This document shows, in pieces, positions 1 to 12,109 of a DNA stretch of 64,000 nt. The first letter of the stretch is position 1; the number at the start of each line of letters is the position of its first letter. Position numbers and translations under genes: made by a program. The stretch comes from Octopus sinensis (lineage: Eukaryota), in NCBI RefSeq assembly GCF_006345805.1, contig NC_043000.1:66402001-66466000 (forward strand), written 5' to 3'. The notes beneath the pieces were generated by a model. That model was given only the letters and a program-made list of their open reading frames with translations, was not told where the DNA came from and did not search any database.

Positions 1-57
1 TGAGCTTTGTTGAGTCAGATGTTGCAATTCTTGTTGAACTAGATGTTTCTACCATTC

Positions 58-296
58 TCAATGTTCACTCTTTCTGCACCACTGGTCCTCTCTCTTAAAC
101 CAGATGAAATGGCTTGTTTTCTCAGCAGCTCCAGACAATTTTCTGGCAACAACTTTTGTCTCCATCGCATCTAGACCAAGACTCCTGAGCAAGTGAACCC
201 TTCTTTCAACAAATCCTCTAATACCAATCTCTGCAGGAAAGCAATATGCCTCCTATCTATTGTTTTTCCAGAGTTCAACCAACTTGCTGTATTTCC
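58..296 (-). mobile_element. C-terminal fragment of a HERO-like non-LTR retrotransposon (restriction-like endonuclease end), degenerate
   Basis: Minus frame 294->58 reads KYSKLVELWKNNR*EAYCFPAEIGIRGFVERRVHLLRSLGLDAMETKVVARKLSGAAEKTSHFIWFKREDQW. This resembles the HERO/NeSL-type RLE C-terminus (KY.ELV...GW...PIEVG.RGF...AAEKA..WLW.KR..W). One in-frame TAG sits where W is expected. Confidence 0.7.
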
Positions 297-496
297 CTAT
301 AATTTTTTTCTGTGCTACTAGGGTCTAGTAAGAGTCTAAATTTTACTTTCTGTTTACTTCTTGTTACTTTCTGTTTTATCTTTTATTTACTAGATCTATA
401 CAATTACACTATTATATTTAGTATAAATTCAGTCACATATCTATAGTTTTAATTGGTATATAATGTATAGGGAAGTTATGTTCATTTAAATAACAA

Positions 497-740
497 CAAT
501 AATAATAATGGCTTCAAATTTTGGCAAAAGGCCTGCAAGTTCAGGGGAGTGGGTAGCCAATTACATCAACCCCCAATGCTCAGCAGGTACTTATTTTATC
601 AACCCTGAAAAGATGAAAGGCAAAGTTGACCTTAGTAGAATTTGAACTCAGGATGTAAAGACGGACTAAAAGCCACTAAGCATTTTGCCTGTCATGTTAA
701 CAATTCTACCAGCTCACTACCTTAATAATAATAATAATAA
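497..740 (-). mobile_element. tRNA-derived SINE (family A) flanked on both sides by (AAT)n
   Basis: Minus strand has a tRNA-like head (GGTAGTGAGCTGGTAGAATTGTTAACA...GAGTTCAAATTCTACT). Same body recurs at 4785, 30845 and 48590-49466. Confidence 0.75.
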
Positions 741-1609
741 TGCTATTTTTTTTTTATAATTTGATATTACTTTCCAAATATACATATTTTTTAAAAGTCA
801 TTTCTGTAGAGTACTTTTTTATGTACAAATAGTCCTTTTAGAGTATGAAAGTACTAATAATGTTGTGTTTGTGTGTATGTTTATATATAATTGTGTATGT
901 ATGATAAATTTTATGTGTGTATATAATTGTGTGTGTGTGTGTGTGTATTATATAAAAAATGGAAGACTCACATACAGTACTTCACATATCCCCACACCTG
1001 GCAAACTATAGGTATAAAGTTACTTGATTACTGATCATTAATCAACACCTGTGGTACCATTCGTCAGCTGTTGTGTGAAGCTTCTCACATGTTTGTATAA
1101 TATAATAGATATATTCCTCTTTTTTAATAAAACTGAGATTTACTTCTTTTGATAGTACACACATGAGTAACTGTTACACACACACACAGCTTTTGACAGT
1201 CCACTAATTTTATACATCAGGTTAGCATCTTTAATTTTATATTAGACTGCTTTGAATTCTCATCACAGTTATTTCCCTTCTCCTCCACAACTATATGAAA
1301 ATCTAAATTTCATACTATTTGAGTTTGCTTTTTACAGTAACCATTTTTATAACGACTTTATATCACGTATTAATTATACTCTTTTATTTAACTTCATACC
1401 TTACTTTTAAATATGTTTTTCCTACAACTTCCCGCTTATTTTATTATATTTAATGCTTCTCTTTAGTCTTTCTGGCATTAATATGTATTTTATGTGGAGT
1501 TGTTTCTTTTGAGTTCATTATTTATTTATTTGCTTCTAATTTGTTGGTTTAATGTTTTGGTCTCAATTCTAGGTGAAACATATATATGTATTATGGGCTC
1601 AAAAATTCC

Positions 1610-1677
1610 TTTCATTCTTCTCTGAAGAGTGCTTGTCATAGCCGAAACAAACTGCATTTTGTAAGAAAACTATGAAT
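1610..1677 (+). ncRNA. Type I hammerhead ribozyme fold (minimal, Penelope/retrozyme type)
   Basis: Core CTGAAGA 1622-1628; stem II 1629-1643 (one bulge); GAAA 1644-1647; stem III ACAAA 1647-1651 with TTTGT 1658-1662; cleavage triplet GTA ending 1663; stem I TTCT 1618-1621 with AGAA 1664-1667, extended by TTCAT/ATGAA. Confidence 0.6.
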
Positions 1678-2879
1678 TAATACTGTATATTCCAGAAGTA
1701 AATAGCATTGAGTTCTTTTAAATTGTTGATTTTCTAGTCAAACAATTAAATTTTCTAGATCACACACACAAACACCCTACACACATACTTCACTTTTGTT
1801 CAAAACTGCTGATGATTAACTGTAAAGTGACTACAAATCTGTACCAAGAATGCTGATATTGATTAACTTGTTTTGTCCACATTTTTGTTTCAGTTCTTGG
1901 CAGGTTCTCATTCTTGAGTAAAATACAAAATTACTTTTCAAAAGCTATTATTTCAAAGCACATCCTCAATGACTGAGTTCTCTCCACCAGGCAGGCAGAT
2001 ACACAGGCCCAAAACTTGTGACTGTTTGCTTAGCGTCTTCATAGCTCAATACCCTACTGTCATTGAAGGTTTCCATAGTACAGCCATTTTGAATTCGCAG
2101 TCACTCATTTGTGAAATGTAGCATGCATACATACATATGTGCAATTTACTTGAGACTTATCTTTGAAATTTTGAGTAAGAATGCTACTGAAAGCTTATTT
2201 AGTTTTACAGGTGTTGATCAACAAGGTAAGATAGATCAATTAGATGCTGAACTAGGATTTAATTAATAGAAATTACTTTCCATTTTTATTTACTCAAATT
2301 TGTTTCTAATACACTGTCTAGATTTAGCTTTTACTAATCACTTTACTCTTTACTTTTATTTAACATTGTTTATCCATTATCCTAATCTTGTAAGGTTTTG
2401 TTTATTCTTTTAGTTGTTTTCACTGTTACCTAAAGATTATATTTATTGTTTGAATAGCCTTATTGGACTTTGATAGATTTAATGCATTTTTTAGAAAAAG
2501 AGAAAATAGTAATTTTTTTTTAACTAATGAAATAAACAGAAAACGATCAAATTTGTGAATTATATATCTTGACTTATTTAACTGCAAGCCATTATTGTTC
2601 TGTTAATCTGTATCTTTTCCACATGCCCCTAATGTCCTCAAAACTTTGTAATATGAAGACATACTTTGTGCCCTCCTTTTCCAGAATTAAAAACTATTTT
2701 TCAATCCATCTATTTTGTTTGCTTATTAATATTGAGGTTACAAACTATTTCAGTATTAGAAACACTTCATTGAGAACAGTATTCAGTAAGAATTAAAACT
2801 TATTCAAATCTTAGTCTTTAACATTTGTTATATGACCTAACCTTGTAATACCTAAATGACCAATTATCAGGATATATTT

Positions 2880-3310
2880 ATATATATTGGTTACTTGATG
2901 CATATGGATGTAGACAATTGCACACACAAGTGCTAATCGCTTAAAGTGGATGGAACTTGTGGAAGAGGGAAACACAAGAAGTATTGAAGACTGATCTCAA
3001 GACATTGAGCCTTATGAAGGAGATAACTAGGAACTGAGATATCTGGTGCATTGTTGTACTGAAGAAGACCCATTCACCACAGCATAACTGATATCAGTGC
3101 TGGTGGCATGTTAAAAGTACTGGTGTTGATGCCACATAAAAAGCACCCAGTACACTCTTTGGAGTGGTTGGCATTAGGAAAGGGATCCAGCCATAGACAC
3201 CATGTGACAACAGATAATGGAATATGGTGTGGCTCCTAGCCTTACCAGCCCTGGTCAAACCATTCAACCTATGCCAGCATGGAAAGCAGATGTTAAATGA
3301 TGATGATATA
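2880..3310 (+). mobile_element. Old 5'-truncated RTE LINE 3' end with (GAT)n tail
   Basis: Decayed ...KVDGTCGRG...TDLKTLSL... coding end, then the shared 3' tail (CATTAGGAAAGGG..CCAGC...CCATGCCAGCATGG...TAAATGATGATGAT). Confidence 0.7.
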
Positions 3311-4149
3311 GTTTTACAAGAAGAGTGATGATAGTGACTTTGAAGTTTTAGCCTGCTAACTTTCAATGGATACTCTAATGAAGCTTTGAAAGTACTGCTT
3401 TGGTAAAAGTATACTAAATATGCTCTCTATAAAAAGTATTGATGGAAAATTATTGTAACTTGGCATAAGAAAGATGTTATGTATAATTGTGTGTGTGTTA
3501 AGATTTTTGAAAGCATGAGATGAGCTTATTTGAACTCTATCTTCTTGAAATCTTGATGAATAGACTTAGGATTAGTGCTTTAACATATTGAAGGTAGAGC
3601 ATTCTAAACATCATAAGCTGTCAAGAAATGAAGTTTATGAGCTAAATGTATGTAATATCCATCAGCTTTAGATTTCACAAATATGCATTTCATGGTTTGG
3701 ACCTTGGCTCAATTTTGAACAAGTGTTGAAGATTTCACTGCTGAGCAAAAATTAAAAACAGTCATGAGTGAAGTAAAAAGGAAATCATTATTTGAAACTG
3801 ACATATCACATGAAGGCATCTTTGATTAAAGAGATTTTCATACTGTCAGTGTTATTAAGTGTAACCTTTTTGTTACCATATTTCTATTGAAATATGTTGT
3901 TCAATTAATTTTGAAAATAATGAAGTATTTAGTAAATTAACTGTTTTTATCAAGCTGATGTTTTGGAATGTAACATGAAATTTTGATGGAAAGAATCCTG
4001 AAACAGCAAGATTGTATCATAGAAGCAGGGGTGGTCTTGGGTGGGTTGGTATCAAACGGGTTAAATATCTGAAAAATAACTATACCAATGAGAGTTCTTG
4101 TCATATCAGGAAAAAAGGTTGGACAATGTGGTCCTCGATATATATCTGA

Positions 4150-4395
4150 AGACATGGGATGAAGCATTGAAGGCTGATTTCAAGACACTGAGCCTTACAA
4201 AGGAGATAACTAAGGACCAAGATATCTGGTGCATTGCTGTGCTCAAGAACAGTCTGTCATAGCAGGATTGATACCTGTGCTGGTGCCATGTTAAAAGCAC
4301 CCAGTACACTGATGCAGTGCCTGGCCTTGCCAGCTCCAGTTGAACTGCCCACCTCACACCAGCATGGAAAATGGACATTAAATGATGATGATAAT
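4150..4395 (+). mobile_element. Old RTE LINE 3' end with (GAT)n tail
   Basis: Similar to 2990-3130 (CAAGACA.TGAGCCTTA..AAGGAGATAACTA...GATATCTGGTGCATTG) and ends CCAGCATGGAAAATGGACATTAAATGATGATGAT. Confidence 0.65.
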
Positions 4396-4702
4396 GGTAT
4401 ATAATCAAAATAAGATGAAATTCTTTGACCATAGTCCACCTGGTGCTAAAGAGCAGACCATTTCCTTTCAATGTGTCTAGTGTTAGGAAAAACACTTTAA
4501 CCCTTTTGGTACTATATTTCTGAAATAAATTGCAATGATTTCAATTAATTTTGAAAATATTGAAGAATTTATACTAGTGTTTGGAACATAAATTAATATG
4601 AAATTTTGATAGGTTTTTAAATTGAGATCCCTTTTAAAACAAGAGGTTTTGTATTATAGAACCAATAGCAATTTTAAGTGGGTTGGTACCAAAAGGATTT
4701 TT

Positions 4703-5132
4703 ACCCCTTTAGTATTCTGATTACTCTTATCAAATGTAATGCTGATTTATTCACAGTTCTGAATTAATCATGCATTATCTTGTATCTTCTGAAGGCAGAA
4801 TTGTTAATACACTGGACAAAATATACTTAGCAGCATTTTGTCTGTCTTTATGTTCTGAGTTCTAATTCTGCTGAATTTGACTTTGCTCTTCATCCATTTG
4901 TGGTTGATGAAATAAGTACCAGTTGAGCACTGGGGTGTGTGTGATCAACTAGCTCCCGCCTCCAAAATGTCAGGCCTTATGCCCATAGTAGAAAGGATTA
5001 TCTTGTAGCTTTAAGATTTCAATGATGGAATTGTTTATTTTTAGTATAACACTGAAAGGTTGAATCTGGCCAGTTTGAACATAAACAGAATATTTGGGCT
5101 GAATATGGTTGGTTTAAATGCTAAAGCATTTA
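4703..5132. mobile_element. TTAA-type (piggyBac-like) MITE carrying a nested SINE at about 4785-4999
   Basis: Ends resemble the intact copy at 47081-47307. The nested SINE is flanked by ATTATCTTGTA at 4774-4784 and 4997-5007; the empty site ATTATCTTGTAGCTTTG is seen near 47158. Confidence 0.65.
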
Positions 5133-6189
5133 ACCAGATGTTTAATAATCATCAATCTAACAGAATCCTTGAAGGTAATATAACTCATTGTTTTTCTGTA
5201 GTTCAAATGAAATTCAAGACCCATCAACAGATGAAATTCAAATTTACTCTATTTTTAAATGAGAAATAATCTTCTAGCAAACAACTTATCAGTTAAATGT
5301 TCTACTAGAGCCACACCTAGTGTCCTAGATAACTGAAACTGTACTGCAATGCCTTGAATGTGTTTCCAAAGATAACACATGAAGCACATCTGCTACTGAT
5401 GTGAAATTATTCACATCTATATGGTTTAGGTCAATATTAGATGCAGTTTGCCACATGCACAACAACCGAAATCATTTACAGTCTGAATAAAATCGATGCT
5501 GCCTGCACTCAATTACCATCTGTTTTGTTATGTTGTATTAAAAAAATGCAACAGAAACATTCAGCCTTGGTATATCTTTGACAAACATGGAATGCTAACA
5601 GGATTTGGATGTGATAAAATTCTATTATCATTGTAGTTACATGGAATTCTATACTTGAAAAGAAATATTTTAGGCCCATCAGACTGGGCCTGGTGCAGCC
5701 TTCTGGCTTCCCAGACCCCAGCTGAACCGTCCAACCCATGCTAGCATGGAAAGCAGACATTAAACGATGATGATGATGAATTTGGGATGTTTTGTCTCAA
5801 ATTTTGCTGGTATTGTCTTTTTGTTCAAGTTTATTCTAGAAAACTTGGAATAATAAGAGCTAAATAAAAAATTGTCAACACCAAAGATGTATAGAGCCAG
5901 CAAAAATATTAGTCCATCCATGTGAATCATGTCTAATTCTGGGCTGCAAAGGTTCATTATTTCATTATTATTGTTATGTTCTGGGTTCAAATTCCACCAT
6001 GGTTGACTTTGCCTTTCATCCCTTCAGGGTTGATGAAACAAGTACTAGTTGAGCACTGGGATCAATGAATCAACTAGCATCTCACCTAAGCTTAAAAAAG
6101 AAAAGATGCAGGCCATGTGCCTATAGTAAAAAGGATTGAGATTGCTAAATCCTACATCAATGCTCCTCTTTTATTGAGGAATGGGACTA

Positions 6190-6480
6190 ATGGTATCCTC
6201 CGTTTGTGTCCATTGCCAGCCCCGCCTGGCCCCTGTGCCGGTGGCATGTAAAAGCACCATCCGTTCATGGGCGTTTGCCAGCTCCGTCTGGCACCTGTGC
6301 GGGTGGCACGTAAAAAGCACCCACTACACTCGCGGAGTGGTTGGCGTAAGGAAGGGCATCCAGCCATAGAAACACTGCCAGATCAGACTGGGCCTGGTGC
6401 AGCCTTCTGGCTTCACAGACCCCAGTTGAACCGTCCAACCCATGCTAGCATGGAGAACGGATGCTAAATGATGATGATGA
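6190..6480 (+). mobile_element. RTE LINE 3' UTR/tail (non-coding, two hairpin-array units)
   Basis: GTGCCGGTGGCA/GCCAG..CTGGC units followed by the conserved tail and (GAT)n; matches the 3' UTR of the RTE at 25056-28135. Confidence 0.8.
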
Positions 6481-6534
6481 CTGGCACTTTACTTTTTTGA
6501 CTCCAAGAGAATGCCAAAGTTGACGTTGGTACCT

Positions 6535-6790
6535 TTAAGACATACAGAAAGGTAATCCTTTTGCAAATTGTTTCAGACTTTTTTTCAGTATAGAAAGCAA
6601 AGGGACAACAGCTGTTACATCCTGATGAAGTTCACCATGCCCACATATGTTGTGCCTACTACAGGTACACTGAAATAAACTGAACACTGGTGAAAATATA
6701 TGTCCAAACTGTCCAACATATTGCACCCCATACAATTCAATACTGTATATCAGTGTGAAGAATCGTCCTCCACTAGGTTGAAGTATAGTA
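6535..6790 (-). mobile_element. Possible decayed GIY-YIG endonuclease (Penelope-like)
   Basis: Minus ORF contains LIYSIELYGVQYVGQFG, loosely matching GIY-YIG IY.I.C..C...YVGQTG; the cysteines are not conserved. Confidence 0.35.
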
Positions 6791-6993
6791 TATTCATTAC
6801 AACAAATTTGTGCAATGTGTTTTGTCAATTGACTAATTAGCTATGTACTGTGGGTGTATTCAGAGCTAACATGAAAGGATGCAAGACTGACACTAGTGAC
6901 ATGTGTAGCAAGGCTGGTGGAGAAGTGATATTTGCTGATGTTCTGAAGCTTTTTGGTTTACAGTTTGGATTGATGTAGCCTTTCAGTATTTGG

Positions 6994-7035
<42 letters not shown>

Positions 7036-7290
7036 CCTAATATAGAATGATTTTCGTAATTTTTTTCCCTTTTGCCTGCGTGGTTTGTTTTCAAGTGTTT
7101 TGGTTTTTCTGGGAACTCCCTTTAAAGTAGAAGGAATAGCTAAGATTTTTTTAACTGCTATTTCTAAACTTCGGTGTGTGGTGAAGCAAATCGTTGCTGA
7201 ACCCTAATTATATAGTATATATATATATGTGTGATTGCTTAAGTATATATACATATGCATTATATGCTTATGTGTGTATATGTATGTATG

Positions 7291-7335
<45 letters not shown>

Positions 7336-8198
7336 GGTACTTTTTGAGGGAGCTTCCTTACTGTCATTTAAACTGTTTAAAATGGCAACAGCCAAATATC
7401 TCTCAAATCACACCACAATATTTTTTAAAAAAGGAAGAATACTGCTGAATATGCTTTGATATGTCTGAAAAAAGGAAAAAAAAGTATGGCTGCAAGTGGA
7501 ATGCCTTTGATCAGAGGGCTGTTTGATCAGCGCTATTTTTGGGGGTTAACCAACAACTATAAATAAATTTTTACACATTGTAAAAATATCCCCATAGTAT
7601 CCAGTATTAAGATTTGTGCAAAAAATAGTCCAGTATAAGTATCATATCATTTGAAATAACAGTGAAAATAAGTAGTGTAGAACTGTTGTTGTATGATGGC
7701 TATAGCAAATCACAACAGGCTCCAGTATTAAGTTTATTTCAACAGCTCTAGATATTATGAATGGTGAAATAATTTTAATAGGTTCAGTTGAATATGGCTT
7801 CTATTCCTTAGGGCTGGCTGGTCTTGCACTCTGTTCCCACTCAGGTACCCTTGGCCCCCACATTCAACCATTATGCTCAATCTTTTTCCTCCACAACATT
7901 GGCCCTAGGGAACCTTCTTCCTACTTGTGTTTTTTCTATAGGTGTTGACCTACAACAGCCTAAACAGAACATTAATGGCATCAAGCTCACCAATCTTGGT
8001 GGGCCTCTAAAGGTCATGGGAAATGCTCCATCCTCCAGACTTAAAGAAAATATAAATAACATCTCAAAGAGAAAGTCATAAAAAAAAACCTGGTTTTCAG
8101 AGCCCTGTTAAAATATCGATAGTCATTTATCTTAAAATAACATTTTGAGTTATTGTCAAAACCAAATTTTATTTACAAATATTTTAACAAAACCAGAA

Positions 8199-8429
8199 TT
8201 ATTTTAAGCCTTTAAAATGTGAAGAATGTTCAGAAAATTCACTGTAAACTTCACTTGCATCTATATCATTTACATTTTCACGATAATCCTTCATTAAATC
8301 ATATTTTTCCCATGGTTTGGCAACTTTCTTTGCTTTAATATAAAATCTCTCTGGTAAATTTAAATCTTCAACTCCTTTTAAATCCATACGTTCATATCTC
8401 TGTAGCCATGGTCGAGGATTCAGTTTTAC
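8199..8429 (-). CDS. MRPL19: Mitochondrial ribosomal protein L19, exon 6 (last)
   Basis: TTTTGTAG acceptor; VKLNPRPWLQRYERMDLKGVEDLNLPERFYIKAKKVAKPWEKYDLMKDYR...FKGLK* (PW..R.ER and PWEKYD.MK.YR motifs). AATAAA on minus at 8168-8173. Confidence 0.93.
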   Translation of the reverse strand, partial: VKLNPRPWLQRYERMDLKGVEDLNLPERFYIKAKKVAKPWEKYDLMKDYRENVNDIDASEVYSEFSEHSSHFKGLK

Positions 8430-9559
8430 CTACAAAATATAAAAAATTTTCAGCAAATGATTTTATTTCACATCTCATTCTATTCCATGATGTAATATAT
8501 TATATATATTGTATAATATATATTATTTTGTGTGTCTCGTCATATGTCTTTTTATCTGTGAAGGTTAACAGTCCTAAGACTACATTTAATTCATTCATCA
8601 TTCACTGCAAATCTTCAAAATCCTGCAATCAAAGTAACAACTTTACGAATTTCTCCAGTCATGTTCACAGTTTATTTTCAGAATTTTACTAAAATTATCT
8701 CAGTACTATTTCTTGTACTATATAACACCAACAAATGTTTTGAAATGCTATGTTTATCATTGAAAATTTGGAAGGACAGACAAAAGTCTCATAGCTGATG
8801 TGCTTGCAGATTTTGCATCAAGAGTCACATTACATGTGAAACTTTTCATTGGCATCAAGTTCTAAAATTTAGTGAGAGTGCCTGAAATTTTATTATTATA
8901 AAGAAAACTGATTATTGAAGTTTAGTGAAAACCTCCTGTATATCAAAATAAATTTGCTTTTTCACTATCTCTGTCATACATGGTTTGGATTACTCTAATT
9001 GCTCACTAGACAAGAGAGTGAGAAACTCAAAGCTTATCTCAATGTTAACAAATGTAACATGCAAAAACCTAAACTACATCCTATTCAGTCCACCTCTTTC
9101 CTACACGGCTTTTAACATATTTAACATATTTTTTTGAAATCCTCATAATTTTGCAGCTCAGGTCTATTTACTTTACTGTTATACCAGTAACAATAGTATT
9201 TCATGACATTGAGAATAAATCCTTCTCAAAAGCTGATTAACAAAGTGAAAAGTTTGTAACTTGTAGAAGGCTGGTAAAGACCATAGATATTGTGCCAATC
9301 TCCAGACTTACCAAAAAGAAACAAAAAAATGAAAAACAAAACAAAAATCCCCTTCAGTGTCATTCCTACAGCTATCATTACTTCTTTTCAATCCACTAAC
9401 AGGTTTTTCTTTCCTAATTCATACTCCATTAAAATAGCACTCGTATGTCTTATTTTCCTCATTGTTGTCAAGGGTAGGTGAGCCCATTGTATTTTGAACA
9501 TAGTTTTCTGGGGGGACATCTTGTGTTTCCAAAAAATCAGTCTTACAAACTAGAAAATA

Positions 9560-10105
9560 TTCCATACCTATTCACATAGCATGAGCCTCACAGAGGCAAT
9601 AACTAGTAACTGAGACCTTTGGTGATAAGCTGTGCTTGAAAAGACACGTCAAGCCAAGTGAAATCGTAGTCATGGCTGATGCTGGTGTCACGTAACTAGC
9701 ACCTGTGCTGGTGGCACATAAAGAGCATTTTTTGAGTGTTGGGTTTCACAGAGGTAAAGTGGCTAAGTTCCTTTTGAGCGTAGGGCCTCACAGAGGCAAA
9801 GTGGTTGAGTTCCTTTCAGATGTTGGGCCTCACGGAGGCAATGAACAAAACAATTGGCATTATGTCGTGCTTAAGAAGACCCATCAAACCAAGCCAAATC
9901 ACAGTCATGGCACCTGTACTGGTGGCACATAAAAGCACCCATTATACTCACAGAATGGTTGACATTAGGAAGGTCATCCAGCTGTAGAAAACCATGCCAA
10001 ATCCGACTGGTGTCTGGTGCAACCTTACAGCTTACCAGCCTTGGTCAAACTGTCCAACCCATGCAAGCATGGACAACAGATGTTAAATGATGGTGATGAT
10101 GATGA
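9560..10105 (+). mobile_element. RTE LINE 3' end of a different subfamily (about 40-bp tandem units) with (GAT)n tail
   Basis: Decayed MSLTEAITSN.DLW...LEKTRQAK coding end, three GGGCCTCAC(A/G)GAGGCAA-type units at 9732-9845, then the standard tail. Confidence 0.7.
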
Positions 10106-10275
10106 CATCCAGGAACTAACACTGTCAGCTTTGCACTTCTGGTTAGGGATACTAAGAGTCCCACTTGTGTATATAAGACACTATGCACAGGTAAACTTCT
10201 AGAAACATCTCCTAAATGAAATAGTACAGATGACATTTAACAATATAATTAGAATATAAATGAAGGAGACATTGC

Positions 10276-10463
10276 CTTTGTGGTGTCAACTGGAATCTTA
10301 AAACCTTTTGGTAAAGGTACAGGTTGAAAATCAAATGGAACAGTACTATATTCAGGTGGGGCATCTCTCAAATAAAATAATTCATCATCCAAACGTTTTT
10401 GTAGTTTAAGAACTTCAATATTAAGAATATGGGGTTGATAGATTTCATATCTGATTTCAATCC
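10276..10463 (-). CDS. MRPL19: MRPL19 exon 5 (ends at a GC donor)
   Basis: [G]IEIRYEIYQPHILNIEVLKLQKRLDDELFYLRDAPPEYSTVPFDFQPVPLPKGFKIPVDTTK (L19 KRLDD.L.YLRDA motif). 188 nt, phase 1->0; donor AAG|GCAATG. Confidence 0.93.
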
Positions 10464-12109
10464 CTAGAAGTAATAAAGAAAATACATTTGAATGAAGTGA
10501 GTGCTGTTGTTAGTTAACTTTTTAACAAAAATACAAATATAATGTATGTTGGAAGGGATTTATAAATATTGGCCAATGCCTTGTGGATGAAATTTGGGGG
10601 AAGGGAAACTGTACAGAATCACTGTATGTATACATATATCATTATCATCATTTTAATGTCTAATTTTCCATGCTTGCATGATGCATGATGTAGGCAAGGG
10701 TCTGTTGAGGCAGAGTTTTTTTTATGGCAAAATACCCATCCTGTTACCAACTTCTACTTGTTTTCAAATGAGGTGATAACCTCCTCCTCAATCAAACAAG
10801 TCTGGAGATGCTTTAAAAATCTTTTGTTTCTTTCATATGAGCCATGCAAGCATGGAAAAGTAGTTAATATGATGATGTATATATACTTTATTCGTGAGTT
10901 AAGAAAGTAACTGATGGTTTCATATGAAGAGATCTTCACAATTGTTTAAGCATGCCATACACAGATCATGGGAGGTAACTTATAAGAATATCTAGTCATC
11001 TCCCTTGTATTAGCTAGGATTTTCACAAGAACTTGTGTTCATCACAGATTAATCGATTCTTTAACTATCTTATGCAAGAATGCTTGCACATGCCCATATT
11101 TATAAATGTATGCATATGTGTACACATACATACACACATACTAAAAATATAATACATACACAGACACACATAAATGTAGTGCATGTGTATTTTTATATAT
11201 GCATGTATGCACATATGCATATAATTATAAATATGGGCTTGCAGGAGTGTTCACGCATAAGATAATTAAAGAATGAATTAATCTATGGTGAACTCAATTT
11301 CTTGCAAAAAATCTAGGGCTTATGCAAGGGAGATAACAGTTAACATATGTCTTGCAGTTCCTACTGATCATTTTCTCTTTATCTCTCCACCTTTTCCTCA
11401 CTAGACATGAGTAGCCAAGCAGATCCCTCAGCCACTAATCTCTCTCATAGAAATCTCTTTCTTACCTAGCATGATGCTGCCCTCTCCCCACCTCACCCTG
11501 GGTTTGTAGTCCTGCAAACTGCATGGCAAGCTCAATAGTGCAGGTGGCACAAAAAAAAAAAAAGCATCCAGTCCACGGTTTAAAATGGCATTCAGCTGTA
11601 AAAACTGTGTCAAAGTAGACACTGAAGAATGATGCAGTCCTTGGACACATCAGATCCTGTCAAACCATCCAACCCATGCCAGTATGGAACATGAACATTA
11701 AATGATGATGATGAAAGTGGGAAAGCAGGTAAAAGTAAATACTTTGAGCAGAAAGTAACTGTGAAGAACAAGAAGCAAAGGAGACAGACACAATTTGAAT
11801 TGTGAATCAGATTTGTCGTTTATGGATGAGAATTTGATCTGTAGCAGTAGACTTAAAAGCTGGTATTCTGAGACAGAGGAATCTCCAGCAGACTGACAGA
11901 GGACCATATATTTCATATGAAGGAAGTTCAATAACTGCTCATACAACTATATAGACATAATAGAAAGTTTCGAAGTGGCCTAATTAGAGTTGGAGGTGAT
12001 TGTAGAAAAATCATAGAAACAAGAGCAAAGTTAGGTTTAGCTGTTGTTGTTGAGGACAACAAAAGATTTTTGTTTCTCTGCATAAAAAGAGCAGACTGTC
12101 TGAAACTGG

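Noticed and set aside
5975-6010. tRNA-like B-box sequences (GGTTCAAATTCC and others at 13400, 30920, 31675)
   Set aside because: These are SINE heads; no complete cloverleaf could be formed.
7812-8081. Plus-strand ORF/terminal exon GWLVLHSVP...GVDLQQPKQ...KRKS* (with possible upstream exon 6589-6664)
   Set aside because: Splice phases fit, but I recognise no protein family, and 6535-6790 has a competing GIY-YIG reading on the other strand. Unresolved without BLAST or RNA-seq.
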